Positions 13,312-22,670 of a DNA stretch of 32,000 nt are shown piece after piece. Under the pieces are notes generated by a model. It did not search any database and was not told the origin of the DNA. It was given only the letters and a program-made list of their open reading frames with translations. The translations under genes and the position numbers were made by a program. Origin of the DNA: Candidatus Scalindua sp. GTDB lineage: Bacteria > Planctomycetota > Brocadiia > Brocadiales > Scalinduaceae. The stretch's first letter is position 1; the number at the start of each line of letters is the position of its first letter. The stretch covers positions 2,580,001-2,612,000 of the forward strand of contig JALDRA010000001.1 in the NCBI GenBank assembly GCA_031316235.1, written 5' to 3'.

Positions 13312-13485
13312 GGGTTTTTTTGGCTGAAGTAGTTCTGCAACCTGCATGAGATACAATGACCTGTTGAATGGGTGAAATACTTGCTTTCGTTTGTAAGCTG
13401 TTTAATTTTTTTTGGCATGCTATCGAGTTTAAAACAAAATTTGCATAATTTTCATTTGTGCACGGGAAATTTTTAAGGTGAAAAA

Positions 13486-14157
13486 ATGGGACAGAAAGTC
13501 TGCCCAATCGGGTTAAGAATAGGTATTACGGAAAATTGGAGATCTCGATGGTATGCGAGTAAGAAAAATTTTGGTACGCTGCTTGTCGAGGATCAGAAAA
13601 TCCGGAAGTTGATCAAAGATAATTACCGTTTTGCAGCAATTTCTAAGATCGAAATAGAGAGAACACGGGAAGAGGAGGTCCGGCTCATTCTGCATACCTC
13701 ACGCCCTGGACTTTTGATAGGGCGCAAAGGGGCAGAAATTGAAAAATTGAAAAGCCGTATCGAAAAAGTTATCAATAAAGGGGTCGATGTTAAAATTCAG
13801 GAGATCGATAAACCTGAGTTGGAGGCGCAGTTGGTAGCCGAAGGAATTGCTGAGCAGCTGAAAAAAAGAGCTGCTTTCAGGAGAACGATAAAGAAATCCA
13901 TAGACACTACCGTGGGTATGGGGGCATTAGGGATAAAAATACAGATATCCGGTCGTTTGGGTGGAGCAGAGATAGCGAGGACTGAAGGTGCAACTTCAGG
14001 AAGCATTCCGCTCCACACTTTAAGAGCTGATATTGACTATGGATTTGCAGAGTCGTTTACCAGTTATGGGACGATTGGTGTTAAGGTGTGGATATACAAG
14101 GGGCTGATTGAGACTGGAAAAGGGGGTAACTATGCGTTTGATGCCAAAAAGAGTTAA
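13486..14157 (+). CDS. rpsC: 30S ribosomal protein S3
   Basis: [22 protein letters not shown]-terminus, a KH-domain [11 protein letters not shown] segment and [11 protein letters not shown]. Confidence 0.97.
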   Translation: MGQKVCPIGLRIGITENWRSRWYASKKNFGTLLVEDQKIRKLIKDNYRFAAISKIEIERTREEEVRLILHTSRPGLLIGRKGAEIEKLKSRIEKVINKGVDVKIQEIDKPELEAQLVAEGIAEQLKKRAAFRRTIKKSIDTTVGMGALGIKIQISGRLGGAEIARTEGATSGSIPLHTLRADIDYGFAESFTSYGTIGVKVWIYKGLIETGKGGNYAFDAKKS

Positions 14158-14551
14158 GTTTAGAAAGTCACAAAGACAGAGGAATGTAGGGAATGCTACT
14201 CGTGGTAATCTGGTAAGTTTTGGAGAGTATGGATTGCAGGCATTAGAGCATTGCTGGATCACCGCTCAGCAGCTGGAGTCTGGCAGGATAGCGGCTACTC
14301 GGTATGTCTCACGTGGAGGTAAACTTATCATACGGGTATTTCCTTACAAATCGGTATCCGCAAAACCTATTGAAACAAGGATGGGCAAAGGGAAGGGGGA
14401 GCCGGATAAGTGGGTGGCTGTTGTGAAACCGGGTACAATACTGTATGAAATTGGAGGTATTACCGAAGATATAGCGAGGCAGGCATTTACCAGGGTAGCG
14501 TATAAAATGCCGATTAAGGTAAGGTTTATTCATAGGAGGCAGACAGTTTGA
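14132..14551 (+). CDS. rplP: 50S ribosomal protein L16
   Basis: [17 protein letters not shown] matches the L16 N-terminus. I chose ATG 14132, which has an AAGGGGG SD about 6 nt upstream, over the ORF-track TTG 14108. It overlaps the rpsC 3' end by 26 nt. Confidence 0.94.
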   Translation: MRLMPKRVKFRKSQRQRNVGNATRGNLVSFGEYGLQALEHCWITAQQLESGRIAATRYVSRGGKLIIRVFPYKSVSAKPIETRMGKGKGEPDKWVAVVKPGTILYEIGGITEDIARQAFTRVAYKMPIKVRFIHRRQTV

Positions 14552-14778
14552 AGCCAAATGAGATTCGTGAAAGATTGCCAAATGAGATGCTTGAGGAGCT
14601 TGAAGGTTTTAAAAGGGAGTTGTTGAATCTGAGATTTCAATGGCAGGCCGGAGAACTCCGAAATTCTGCTCAATACAGGCACATAAAAAAAGATGTGGCT
14701 CGAATAAAAACAATTATCAGAGAGATGGAGTTGGGTATTAATAAAGATCTGTTCCAGAAAACGGAAGATAGGGTATAA
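14548..14778 (+). CDS. rpmC: 50S ribosomal protein L29 (TTG start)
   Basis: Begins MKPNEIRE and contains L.ELLNLRFQ. Has a TTGA start/stop overlap with rplP and lies between rplP and rpsQ. Confidence 0.93.
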   Translation: MKPNEIRERLPNEMLEELEGFKRELLNLRFQWQAGELRNSAQYRHIKKDVARIKTIIREMELGINKDLFQKTEDRV

Positions 14779-15032
14779 TGGAGACTAAGCAAAAGCGTAA
14801 AAGGAAAACAGTTGTTGGTATCGTTGTAAGTGATGGCATGAACAAGACGGTTGTAGTAGCATTTGAAAAGCGTGTGAAGCATCCACGATATGGCAAATTT
14901 GTTAAGAGGACCACTAAATTTAAGGTGCACGATGAGGGTAATGAGGCAAAGTGTAAGGATAAGGTTGAAATCGTAGAGACAAGACCTTTAAGCAAGACAA
15001 AGCGCTGGCGGCTGGTGCGTATTATAAAATGA
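14778..15032 (+). CDS. rpsQ: 30S ribosomal protein S17
   Basis: [19 protein letters not shown] and [13 protein letters not shown] are S17 blocks. Overlaps the rpmC stop by 1 nt (TAATG). Confidence 0.95.
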   Translation: METKQKRKRKTVVGIVVSDGMNKTVVVAFEKRVKHPRYGKFVKRTTKFKVHDEGNEAKCKDKVEIVETRPLSKTKRWRLVRIIK

Positions 15033-15050
15033 TTTTGGGAATGTAAGAAA

Positions 15051-15419
15051 ATGATAATGGAGCAGACAAAAGTTGACGTGGCGGATAATTCAGGTGCCAA
15101 AAAGGCTAAGTGTATTAAAGTCCTTGGAGGCTCACGGAGAATTTATGCTTCGATCGGCGACGTTATAATCGTTGCAGTAAAAAAGGCATTGCCTGATGGT
15201 GTAGTAAAGAAAGGCGATGTGGTAAAGGGCGTAGTGGTAAGAACGAAAAGGAATGTAAGGCGCGGAGATGGTTCCTACCTTCGGTTTGATGCGAATGCGA
15301 TTGTTATAGTTGATGATGAGGGAAATCCGAAAGGTACCCGTATTTTTGGTGCAGTGGCTAAGGAACTGAGACAAAAGAATTTTATGAAAATAATTTCATT
15401 GGCACCTGAAGTTGTATAA
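15051..15419 (+). CDS. rplN: 50S ribosomal protein L14
   Basis: [28 protein letters not shown] aligns with the canonical L14 N-terminus (MIQEQT..VADNSGA). Confidence 0.97.
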   Translation: MIMEQTKVDVADNSGAKKAKCIKVLGGSRRIYASIGDVIIVAVKKALPDGVVKKGDVVKGVVVRTKRNVRRGDGSYLRFDANAIVIVDDEGNPKGTRIFGAVAKELRQKNFMKIISLAPEVV

Positions 15420-15453
15420 GCATACTATATAGGTAATTTGTGTTAAAGGATGA

Positions 15454-15798
15454 ATGAGTAATATGCATGTGAGGAAAAACGATTATGTTCAAGTTATGAC
15501 GGGTGATGATTCCGGGAAAACGGGTAAAATCCTGAAGATACTGTCACCAAAGAGAAGGGTGATTGTTGAGGGTGTGAATTATGTACAGAAACATATCCGG
15601 AAAAGTGAAAAAAATCCCCAGGGTGGCCGTATGCAGATGGAGGCATCAATATCCTGGTCTAACGTTTTGGTTGTGTGCCAAAATAAAAGTTGTAAAAAAT
15701 CCGGAAAAGGTGTTAGGGTGAAGCGTAAGTTTCTTGATAATGGTGACAAGATCAGGGTTTGTTATAAATGTGGGAGTGAAATCGTAGTTGGAGAATAG
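15454..15798 (+). CDS. rplX: 50S ribosomal protein L24, with a C-terminal Cys4 element
   Basis: KOW-type N-terminus (VRKNDYVQVMTGDDSGKTGKILKI). The C-terminus carries C-x4-C ... C-x2-C (CQNKSC ... CYKC). Lies between rplN and rplE. Confidence 0.93.
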   Translation: MSNMHVRKNDYVQVMTGDDSGKTGKILKILSPKRRVIVEGVNYVQKHIRKSEKNPQGGRMQMEASISWSNVLVVCQNKSCKKSGKGVRVKRKFLDNGDKIRVCYKCGSEIVVGE

Positions 15799-15825
15799 TT
15801 TTTCATTTAATGAGAAATAAATATT

Positions 15826-16386
15826 ATGGCACGTTTATTAGAAAAATATAAAGAAGAGTTTGTTGATGTTCTTATGGAACGGTTCCAGTATAAAAACCGT
15901 TTAGAGGCCCCGAGACTGCTCAAGATTGTGATTAATATGGGTCTGGGGAAGGCCAGGGAAGAAAAGAAAAGAATAGATGATGCAGTCAAGCATCTCGCCA
16001 CAATAACGGGACAGAAACCGGCAATTACCAAGGCAAGAAAGGCTGTGGCCGGTTTTAAGATCAGGAAGGGAGATCAGGTCGGCTGTAAGGTTACTCTCAG
16101 AGGCAAACGTGCTTATGAATTTCTTGATAGATTGATAAGCATTGTATTGCCGAGGATAAAAGATTTTCGAGGGGTATCATCCCGCTCATTTGATGGCAGC
16201 GGAAATTACACGTTAGGTATAAGTGAGCTTTCGGAGTTTCCTGAGATTGACATTGACGATGTCCTCTATTCACAGGGGATGGATATTACCTTGGTTATAT
16301 CGGCAAAAAAAGATGTGCAATCGTACGAGTTACTTAAGTTATTTGGTATGCCTTTTAAGCAAGATGCTAACTTTGTCAATCAGTAA
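15826..16386 (+). CDS. rplE: 50S ribosomal protein L5
   Basis: RLLEKYKEE..., P.L.KIVINMG.G, and the FDG.GNYTLGI.E...FPEI block. Confidence 0.97.
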   Translation: MARLLEKYKEEFVDVLMERFQYKNRLEAPRLLKIVINMGLGKAREEKKRIDDAVKHLATITGQKPAITKARKAVAGFKIRKGDQVGCKVTLRGKRAYEFLDRLISIVLPRIKDFRGVSSRSFDGSGNYTLGISELSEFPEIDIDDVLYSQGMDITLVISAKKDVQSYELLKLFGMPFKQDANFVNQ

Positions 16387-16419
16387 AACATCTTGTCATG
16401 AAGTGGCAATGGAGATTAT

Positions 16420-16605
16420 ATGGCGAGAAAAGCTTTAAAAGTTAAATGTTCCAGAGAACCTAAATATAAGACTCGAAGATACAATCGCTGCCAACTTTGT
16501 GGGCGTGTTCGAGCGTATTATAGAAAATTTCAGATTTGCAGAATATGTTTTAGAAATCTTGCATCAAGGGCTGAGATCCCCGGTGTGCGAAAAGCAAGCT
16601 GGTAA
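16420..16605 (+). CDS. rpsN: 30S ribosomal protein S14, short zinc-binding type Z
   Basis: 61 aa with CQLCGR ... CRIC (two CxxC pairs) and a GVRKASW C-terminus. Confidence 0.95.
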   Translation: MARKALKVKCSREPKYKTRRYNRCQLCGRVRAYYRKFQICRICFRNLASRAEIPGVRKASW

Positions 16606-16637
16606 GCAAGGTAGTTCTTAAGAAAAAGGAGCAGCAA

Positions 16638-17036
16638 ATGTCAATGACAGACCCTATAGCCGATATGTTGACACGGATCAGGAACGCGAACATGGTCGGT
16701 AAAGAAAGTGTAAATATTCCTTTATCCCGGATTAAACTTGAAATTGCTGATGTGCTTAAAAGGGAAGGATTCATAAAGGATTTCAAGAAAATATCTGATG
16801 ATAAACAAGGTATTTTGAGAGTGTATTTAAAATATGGACCACTGAATAGGAAGGTTATCAACTCGATTAAGAGAGAGAGTAAACCTGGAAGAAGACTATA
16901 TAAAAAAGTTGATGAAGTAGTTGATCTCCTCAATGGTATTGGTATGACTGTCTACTCAACTTCCAAAGGTATTTTAAGCAATAGAGAGTGTAGGCAGAAA
17001 AATATTGGTGGTGAACTTATCTGCTCTGTATGGTGA
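16638..17036 (+). CDS. rpsH: 30S ribosomal protein S8
   Basis: [18 protein letters not shown]-terminus and a [10 protein letters not shown]-terminus. Confidence 0.97.
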   Translation: MSMTDPIADMLTRIRNANMVGKESVNIPLSRIKLEIADVLKREGFIKDFKKISDDKQGILRVYLKYGPLNRKVINSIKRESKPGRRLYKKVDEVVDLLNGIGMTVYSTSKGILSNRECRQKNIGGELICSVW

Positions 17037-17096
17037 TTAATTTTTTAGTATTATTTCAGGCGTCTGAATATCGAGGAGCCTAAAGGTTAAGGTAAT

Positions 17097-17657
17097 ATGT
17101 CAAGGATAGGTAATAACCCAATCAATATACCCGACGGGGTAAAGGTGGAGTTTAAAAAACGTTCTGTCAGTGTCGAAGGAAAAAATGGTAAGTTGGTGCA
17201 GACAATTCATCCGCTAATGGATATTGAGATTGATAAAGAAAAAAAACTCCTGATTGTCAAACGACCATCCGACGAGAGAAAATCTAAAGAGCTTCATGGT
17301 TTGACTCGTTCTCTTTTAGCAAACAATATTCAGGGAGTTGACGCCGGGTTTTCGAAAGATCTTGAAATTATAGGTTTGGGATATAGTGTTAAATTACAGG
17401 GAAGTGACTTGGTATTTCAATTAGGATTTTCTCATCCAATTAACATGTCTGTTCCTGAAGGGATAAAGATTGAGGTCAGGAACCAGACAAATCCTGGGAA
17501 GCTTACAATCCTTGGTGCAGATAAACAAATGGTTGGTCAGGTTGCAGCAAATATCAGAAGGTTACGGCCACCTGAGCCATATAAAGGTAAAGGTGTTAAA
17601 TATGCTGATGAGATTATCCGTAGAAAAGCGGGTAAAGCTGTATCTTCAGCGAAATAA
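17097..17657 (+). CDS. rplF: 50S ribosomal protein L6
   Basis: MSRIGNNPI.IP.GV N-terminus and PEPYKGKGVKYADE near the C-terminus. Confidence 0.96.
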   Translation: MSRIGNNPINIPDGVKVEFKKRSVSVEGKNGKLVQTIHPLMDIEIDKEKKLLIVKRPSDERKSKELHGLTRSLLANNIQGVDAGFSKDLEIIGLGYSVKLQGSDLVFQLGFSHPINMSVPEGIKIEVRNQTNPGKLTILGADKQMVGQVAANIRRLRPPEPYKGKGVKYADEIIRRKAGKAVSSAK

Positions 17658-17694
17658 TTTTAATTTTACAAGTACGTACTGATTTATTTTTCAC

Positions 17695-18063
17695 ATGAAT
17701 ATTACAAAGGAAAAAAGAATAAAGAGGATCAGAAGGCACAGGGGAATACGGAAGAAAGTTACCGGTGTATCTGAGAGACCGCGACTGTGTGTATTTCGAA
17801 GCTTGAAAAATTTGTACTGCCAATTGATTGATGATACTACCGGTAAAACGCTTGCGAGCGCTTCAACATTGTCGAAAGATCTTAAAGGAAAAGTCGGCTA
17901 CGGTGGAAATAAAAAAGCTGCTGAGATAATTGGTCAAAAGATAGCAGAAGAAGCAAAAAAGGTTGGAATCACAAAAGTTGTTTTCGATAAGGGTGGTTAT
18001 AAGTTTCATGGAAGGGTTAAAGCGCTGGCGGAAAGTGCGAGGGCAAATGATCTTATTTTTTAA
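17695..18063 (+). CDS. rplR: 50S ribosomal protein L18
   Basis: Contains [16 protein letters not shown] and [19 protein letters not shown], both L18 blocks. Confidence 0.95.
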   Translation: MNITKEKRIKRIRRHRGIRKKVTGVSERPRLCVFRSLKNLYCQLIDDTTGKTLASASTLSKDLKGKVGYGGNKKAAEIIGQKIAEEAKKVGITKVVFDKGGYKFHGRVKALAESARANDLIF

Positions 18064-18103
18064 AGAACTGCATTAGTGTCACAATAGGCTTGAGGAGGAA
18101 CAT

Positions 18104-18589
18104 TTGGCAAGAGAAAATCAATCAGGAAAGCTTGAAGAAACAATAGTTAAGATCAACAGATGTACTAATGTAACCAAGGGTGGAAAAAGCATGAGCTTTA
18201 GTGCATTGGCTGTGGTAGGGGATAAAAAAGGAAAGGTTGGCTACGGTTTCGGTAAAGCCAGAGATGTGCCTAATGCGGTTGGAAAGGCTTTGAAGGATGC
18301 AAATAAGAGCCTTGTAACGGTACCCATTGTCAATGAAACTATACCCCATGAGGTATGGGGCTGTTTTAAATCTGCTCGGGTTTATTTGAAGCCTGCAGCT
18401 CCCGGTACGGGAATTAAGGCCGGAGGCTCGGTAAGATCAGTGCTGGTTGCAGTAGGTATTAAGGATATCCTTTCAAAATCATACGGGACCCGTAATGCTT
18501 TAAACGTTGTTAAAGCAACGGTGGAAGGATTAAAGCTGTTAAAGACTAGGCAAGATATAGAACAATTAAGGGGTGTGAAGATAACATGA
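18104..18589 (+). CDS. rpsE: 30S ribosomal protein S5 (TTG start)
   Basis: Contains V.INR.T.VTKGGK..SF.AL.VVGD..G.VG.G.GKA. A GAGGAGG SD lies upstream of TTG 18104. Confidence 0.96.
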   Translation: MARENQSGKLEETIVKINRCTNVTKGGKSMSFSALAVVGDKKGKVGYGFGKARDVPNAVGKALKDANKSLVTVPIVNETIPHEVWGCFKSARVYLKPAAPGTGIKAGGSVRSVLVAVGIKDILSKSYGTRNALNVVKATVEGLKLLKTRQDIEQLRGVKIT

Positions 18590-19041
18590 ATTTGGCTGAT
18601 TCTAAAAAAGTAATACACAAAAGGAAAAAGAGTAGAAGAGTTGGTCGGGGGAGAGGATCAGGATGCGGAAAGACCTGTGGTAAGGGTCATGGCGGAGCAA
18701 ATTCCCGTTCCGGAAACGAAACTCGTCTCCTGTTTGAGGGAGGTCAGATGCCTCTTTTTCGTAGAATCCCCAAGAGAGGTTTTAATAATAAACGGTTTAA
18801 AAAAAAGTTTATGGTGGTAAATCTTATGGATCTTACAGGATTTGATCAGGGGGCGATCGTAGATATACAGGCTTTGAAAGATAAGGGTATTGTTAAAAAT
18901 GATAAGCTTGATTTAAAAATATTAGGAAAAGTTCACACCGATAAACCACTTAAAGCTCTTACGGTTGTTGCAAATAAGTTCAGTAGCAGTGCAATTGCAA
19001 AAATTGAAGAGTCGGGAGGGAAAGTTAAAATAGTGCCATGA
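18586..19041 (+). CDS. rplO: 50S ribosomal protein L15
   Basis: Contains RVGRGRGSG.GKT.GKGHGG and FEGGQMPL.RR.PKRGF. Has an ATGA overlap with the rpsE stop, so there is no room for rpmD. Confidence 0.95.
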   Translation: MNLADSKKVIHKRKKSRRVGRGRGSGCGKTCGKGHGGANSRSGNETRLLFEGGQMPLFRRIPKRGFNNKRFKKKFMVVNLMDLTGFDQGAIVDIQALKDKGIVKNDKLDLKILGKVHTDKPLKALTVVANKFSSSAIAKIEESGGKVKIVP

Positions 19042-20420
19042 TCGAAAAGTTTAATAATATGTTTAAAATTCCTGAGTTAAGGAATAAGATACTCATAACA
19101 TTGGGGTTAATTGCCATCTGCAGATTTGGTGTATTTATTCCCATGCCTGGGGTTGACACAACAGTACTTAAGTCGTACTTTCAACAGTTTACGCAAACCG
19201 GTGTTGGTCAGTTACTGGGGTTAGTGGATCTGTTTGCAGGAGGTGCCATGAGCTCCGGGGCTATTTTCGGTCTGGGAATCATGCCTTATATCAGTGCTTC
19301 CATTATCTTTCAGCTTCTTGTAGGGGTTGTCCCATTTCTTGAGAGATTGCAAAAAGAAGGTGAGGCTGGCAGGAAAAAGATTAACCAGTATACGAGATTC
19401 ACCACAGTAGGTTTATGTTTGTTCCAGGCATTTATTATGACTCGGACTCTCTATGCGATCGAAATTAATAATGTGCCGGTTGTTCCGGTTCACCTGCAGG
19501 GTTTTAAATTTCAGCTGATGGCTGCTATATTATTGACAACGGGAACAATGTTTCTCATGTGGATAGGAGAGCAGATTGATTCATTTGGTATCGGAAGCGG
19601 AATTTCATTGATCATCATGGTGAGCATTGTTGATCGGCTGCCGTGGGCATTTAGCCAGATGCTCCAAAACTTTACATTTTCTATAGCGCCGGCAGAGCAT
19701 CAGATTGGAATTGCTAAATTAATAATATTAATGTGTGCTTTTCTCGTGATTGTAGCAGGGGTTGTATTCATAACACAAGGTCAAAGACGTATACCTGTTC
19801 AGCAGGCAAAACATACGAGAGGAAGGAAGGTTTATGGTGGTCAAAAACATTTTCTTCCTTTGAAAGTAAATCAGGCGGGAGTCATGCCTATTATCTTCGC
19901 GCAGTCTTTGCTCATACTTCCTTCTGCAATATCAAGAGGTTTGCAAGTAAGGTTTGAGCCTGGTACATTCTGGTATTGGATAACGTCCCGATTGACGGAA
20001 ATGTTTCAAGGTGGATTTGTTTATGTTGTGATGTATGTGATGTTGATTACTTTTTTCTGTTACTTCTGGACTGCAATACAGTTTAATCCTAAAGAGATGT
20101 CTAATAATATGAAGGATTATGGGAGTTTTATTCCAGGTATCAGGCCTGGCCATCGAACTGCCGAGTATCTTGAAAATGTGATGAGCAGGATAACTCTTGC
20201 CGGGGCATCATTTTTAGCTTTGATTGCAATTTTGCCAATGATGATTTCAGGAGGTTTTGAAATCAACCGTGCTGTTGCAAGTTTTTATGGTGGTACCGGG
20301 CTTTTGATTGTTGTTGGAGTAGCATTGGATTTGGTTCAAAAAATAGAATCTCACCTGGTTATGAGGCATTATAGCGGTTTTCTTGGTGGTTCAACCAGGA
20401 TTAGGGGAAGAAGAGGGTAG
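19038..20420 (+). CDS. secY: Preprotein translocase subunit SecY
   Basis: 460-aa polytopic hydrophobic ORF with GGAMSSGAIFGLGIMPYISASIIFQLL and IPGIRPG motifs. Has an ATGA overlap with rplO. Confidence 0.97.
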   Translation: MIEKFNNMFKIPELRNKILITLGLIAICRFGVFIPMPGVDTTVLKSYFQQFTQTGVGQLLGLVDLFAGGAMSSGAIFGLGIMPYISASIIFQLLVGVVPFLERLQKEGEAGRKKINQYTRFTTVGLCLFQAFIMTRTLYAIEINNVPVVPVHLQGFKFQLMAAILLTTGTMFLMWIGEQIDSFGIGSGISLIIMVSIVDRLPWAFSQMLQNFTFSIAPAEHQIGIAKLIILMCAFLVIVAGVVFITQGQRRIPVQQAKHTRGRKVYGGQKHFLPLKVNQAGVMPIIFAQSLLILPSAISRGLQVRFEPGTFWYWITSRLTEMFQGGFVYVVMYVMLITFFCYFWTAIQFNPKEMSNNMKDYGSFIPGIRPGHRTAEYLENVMSRITLAGASFLALIAILPMMISGGFEINRAVASFYGGTGLLIVVGVALDLVQKIESHLVMRHYSGFLGGSTRIRGRRG

Positions 20421-20423
20421 AAG

Positions 20424-21089
20424 ATGAGATTTGTTTTTTTGGGACCTCCTGGTGTAGGTAAAGGTACACAGGCGGAAAATGTTGGTGTTCAAAAAAACAT
20501 TCCTCATATTTCATCCGGTAATCTTCTCAGAGAAGCTATCAAAGATGGGTCAGAGATAGGATTTAAAGCCAAGAACTTTATTGACAGAGGCCTTCTTGTT
20601 CCTGATGATTTAATTGTTTCAATAGTAATAAGTGAGATCGATTCGAGTAAATGCAGAAATGGATTTATCCTGGACGGGTTTCCAAGGAATAATTCTCAGG
20701 CTGAGATTCTCGATTGTACGTTAACGGGGAAGGGGATACAGCTTGATAGGGTATTCTATTTTACCGCTTCTGAGCATATTATTATTGAACGAATAGCGGG
20801 GCGACGGATATGCACATCATGCGATGCGCAATATCATATATTGTATAAGCCTCCTTTGAAAGAAAATATATGTGATAAATGCGGATCGATGATATTACAA
20901 CGCAAGGATGATAATCCTGACACTGTTTTAGTTCGCTTGAAAGTGTATCAGGAGCAAACAGAGGGTTTGATAGAGTATTACAAACGCAATAAAAAACTCG
21001 TTGAAATCAATTGTAACGGTGATGTGATCGAGATAAGGAAAAAAATTCTGGCTGTTTTAGGATCTGTAGAAGATGGTGGAGTGAGGTAG
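20424..21089 (+). CDS. adk: Adenylate kinase (Cys4 zinc-lid type)
   Basis: P-loop GPPGVGKGTQ, and a lid with CTSC ... CDKC. Confidence 0.96.
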   Translation: MRFVFLGPPGVGKGTQAENVGVQKNIPHISSGNLLREAIKDGSEIGFKAKNFIDRGLLVPDDLIVSIVISEIDSSKCRNGFILDGFPRNNSQAEILDCTLTGKGIQLDRVFYFTASEHIIIERIAGRRICTSCDAQYHILYKPPLKENICDKCGSMILQRKDDNPDTVLVRLKVYQEQTEGLIEYYKRNKKLVEINCNGDVIEIRKKILAVLGSVEDGGVR

Positions 21090-21094
21090 TTTTA

Positions 21095-21847
21095 TTGATA
21101 ACTTGTAAGTCTGAACGTGAGATTGAGTTAATGCGGAAGGCCGGTAGGATTGTTGCTGACGCACTGGCGTTGGCCAGGGACCTTGCGAAAAATAACGTTA
21201 CTACAGAAACTCTTAATTCAGAACTGGAAAAATACGTTATACAAAAAGGTGGTAAACCTGTGTTTAAGGGTTATAGGGGATATCCTAAGAGTATATGTAC
21301 CTCTATTAATGAGGAGATTGTACACGGAATACCAAGCGAAAGAAGCCTTAAAGATGGAGATATTTTAAGTGTTGATATTGGAGTAGAGTATCGTAATTAC
21401 GTTGCAGATGCCGCGATAACCATTCCTATCGGTGTAGTCTCCCACGATGTTCAAAAACTACTGAATGTATGTGAAACATCGCTTATGAAAGCGATAGGAA
21501 TATTACGATCAAATATCAAGCTGTCTGAGGTTTCAAGGATGATACAGAATTATGTTGAGAGTAACGGTTTTTCTGTCGTAAGGGACTATACCGGACATGG
21601 TATAGGGAGGCAGATGCATGAAGAACCGCAGATTCCAAATTTTGTGAATGATGAGCTTTTGAAGGATGACAAGACGTTATTAAAGGGGATGGCACTCGCG
21701 ATTGAACCAATGATATGTGCGGGAGGGTACGCAACCGAAGTACTTAAAAACAACTGGACTGTCACGACAAGAGACAGGAAATTTTCTGCACACTATGAAC
21801 ACACTGTGGTCGTAACAGAAGATGGAGCTGACATACTAACCAAATAA
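21095..21847 (+). CDS. map: Methionine aminopeptidase type I (TTG start)
   Basis: Contains DGDILSVD, YTGHGIG, LAIEPM and YEHTVVVT, the MetAP metal-ligand contexts. Sits in the canonical position after adk. Confidence 0.96.
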   Translation: MITCKSEREIELMRKAGRIVADALALARDLAKNNVTTETLNSELEKYVIQKGGKPVFKGYRGYPKSICTSINEEIVHGIPSERSLKDGDILSVDIGVEYRNYVADAAITIPIGVVSHDVQKLLNVCETSLMKAIGILRSNIKLSEVSRMIQNYVESNGFSVVRDYTGHGIGRQMHEEPQIPNFVNDELLKDDKTLLKGMALAIEPMICAGGYATEVLKNNWTVTTRDRKFSAHYEHTVVVTEDGADILTK

Positions 21848-21865
21848 GAGATATTGGAACTATTG

Positions 21866-22084
21866 ATGGCTAAAGAAGAACCTATCAAGGTAGAAGCGAT
21901 TGTCAAAGAATCATTGCCAAATGCAATGTTTCGTGTAAAACTGGAGAATGGGCATGAGGTACTCGCTCATGTGTCAGGTAAGATGAGGATGCATTTTATT
22001 CGTATACTCCCTGGTGACAAAGTAACCATAGAAATGTCACCCTACGATCTCAGCAAGGGGAGAATTATTTATCGTCAGGGGTGA
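21866..22084 (+). CDS. infA: Translation initiation factor IF-1
   Basis: [41 protein letters not shown]...IRILPGDKV...[14 protein letters not shown] chose ATG 21866 over the ORF-track TTG 21854 because IF-1 normally begins MAKE. Confidence 0.95.
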   Translation: MAKEEPIKVEAIVKESLPNAMFRVKLENGHEVLAHVSGKMRMHFIRILPGDKVTIEMSPYDLSKGRIIYRQG

Positions 22085-22094
22085 AGGAGGCTTT

Positions 22095-22211
22095 ATGAAG
22101 GTACGCTCGTCTGTCAAAAGAATATGTGAGAATTGTAAGATAATTAGAAGAAATAAGATTGTAAGGGTTATTTGTGAAAATCCAAGACACAAACAAAGAC
22201 AAGGTAAATAA
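22095..22211 (+). CDS. rpmJ: 50S ribosomal protein L36 (zinc form)
   Basis: Too short for the ORF track; I translated it by hand. ATG 22095 is preceded by AGGAGG. It gives [38 protein letters not shown] and stops at TAA 22209-22211. Carries the C-x2-C-x12-C-x4-H motif. Confidence 0.9.
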   Translation: MKVRSSVKRICENCKIIRRNKIVRVICENPRHKQRQGK

Positions 22212-22265
22212 TACTCATTTTAAGACCAGTACGGGGATATTTTATTTGTTGAAAGGAATCAATTT

Positions 22266-22652
22266 ATGCCAAGAATTGCGGGGGTAGATATTCCCAATGA
22301 TAAAAGGTTGTTAATATCATTAACCTATATCTATGGTATCAGCAGGGTTTTGTCTCATAGAGCCTTGGAATCATTAAAGATTGATGAAAATATCAGGGCA
22401 AAAGATATTTCAGAAGAGGACCTTGCGTCGTTAGTCGCTTATATAGAGAAAAACTATATAGTTGAAGGTCAGTTAAGAAGACAGGAAAGTCAGAACATTG
22501 CCCGTTTGAAAAATATTGGATGTCATAGAGGAATGAGGCACCGGGTAGGATTGCCGGTGAGGGGGCAAAGGACAAAAACAAATGCACGCACAAGGAAGGG
22601 AAAAAGAAGAACTGTTGCTGGGAAAAAGAGCGTCAAAGAGATGAAAGGGTAG
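22266..22652 (+). CDS. rpsM: 30S ribosomal protein S13
   Basis: MPRIAGVDIPNDKR N-terminus and the GCHRGMRHR.GLPVRGQRTKTNARTRKG block. Confidence 0.97.
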   Translation: MPRIAGVDIPNDKRLLISLTYIYGISRVLSHRALESLKIDENIRAKDISEEDLASLVAYIEKNYIVEGQLRRQESQNIARLKNIGCHRGMRHRVGLPVRGQRTKTNARTRKGKRRTVAGKKSVKEMKG

Positions 22653-22670
22653 TGGAACCCGGTTACTATA

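Noticed and set aside
12303-13418. Two long - strand ORFs (12303-12827, 174 aa; 12858-13418, 186 aa) antisense to rplB, rpsS and rplV
   Set aside because: They overlap strongly conserved ribosomal protein genes on the + strand. I saw no motifs or start signals, so I treat them as shadow ORFs.
13368-13448. 26-codon ORF (MGEILAFVCKLFNFFWHAIEFKTKFA) in the rplV-rpsC spacer
   Set aside because: There is no Shine-Dalgarno sequence and it is very short. An ORF of this length is expected by chance in AT-rich sequence. It is kept only as a note under the spacer finding.
14108-14131. ORF-track start codons upstream of the conserved N-termini: rplP TTG 14108, infA TTG 21854, rplQ ATG 25925, yjbQ-like TTG 27476
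   Set aside because: In each case a downstream ATG reproduces the canonical family N-terminus (MRLMPKR, MAKEE, MRHRK, MKSYRK). Where an SD is visible it sits at proper spacing to that ATG, so I moved the starts.
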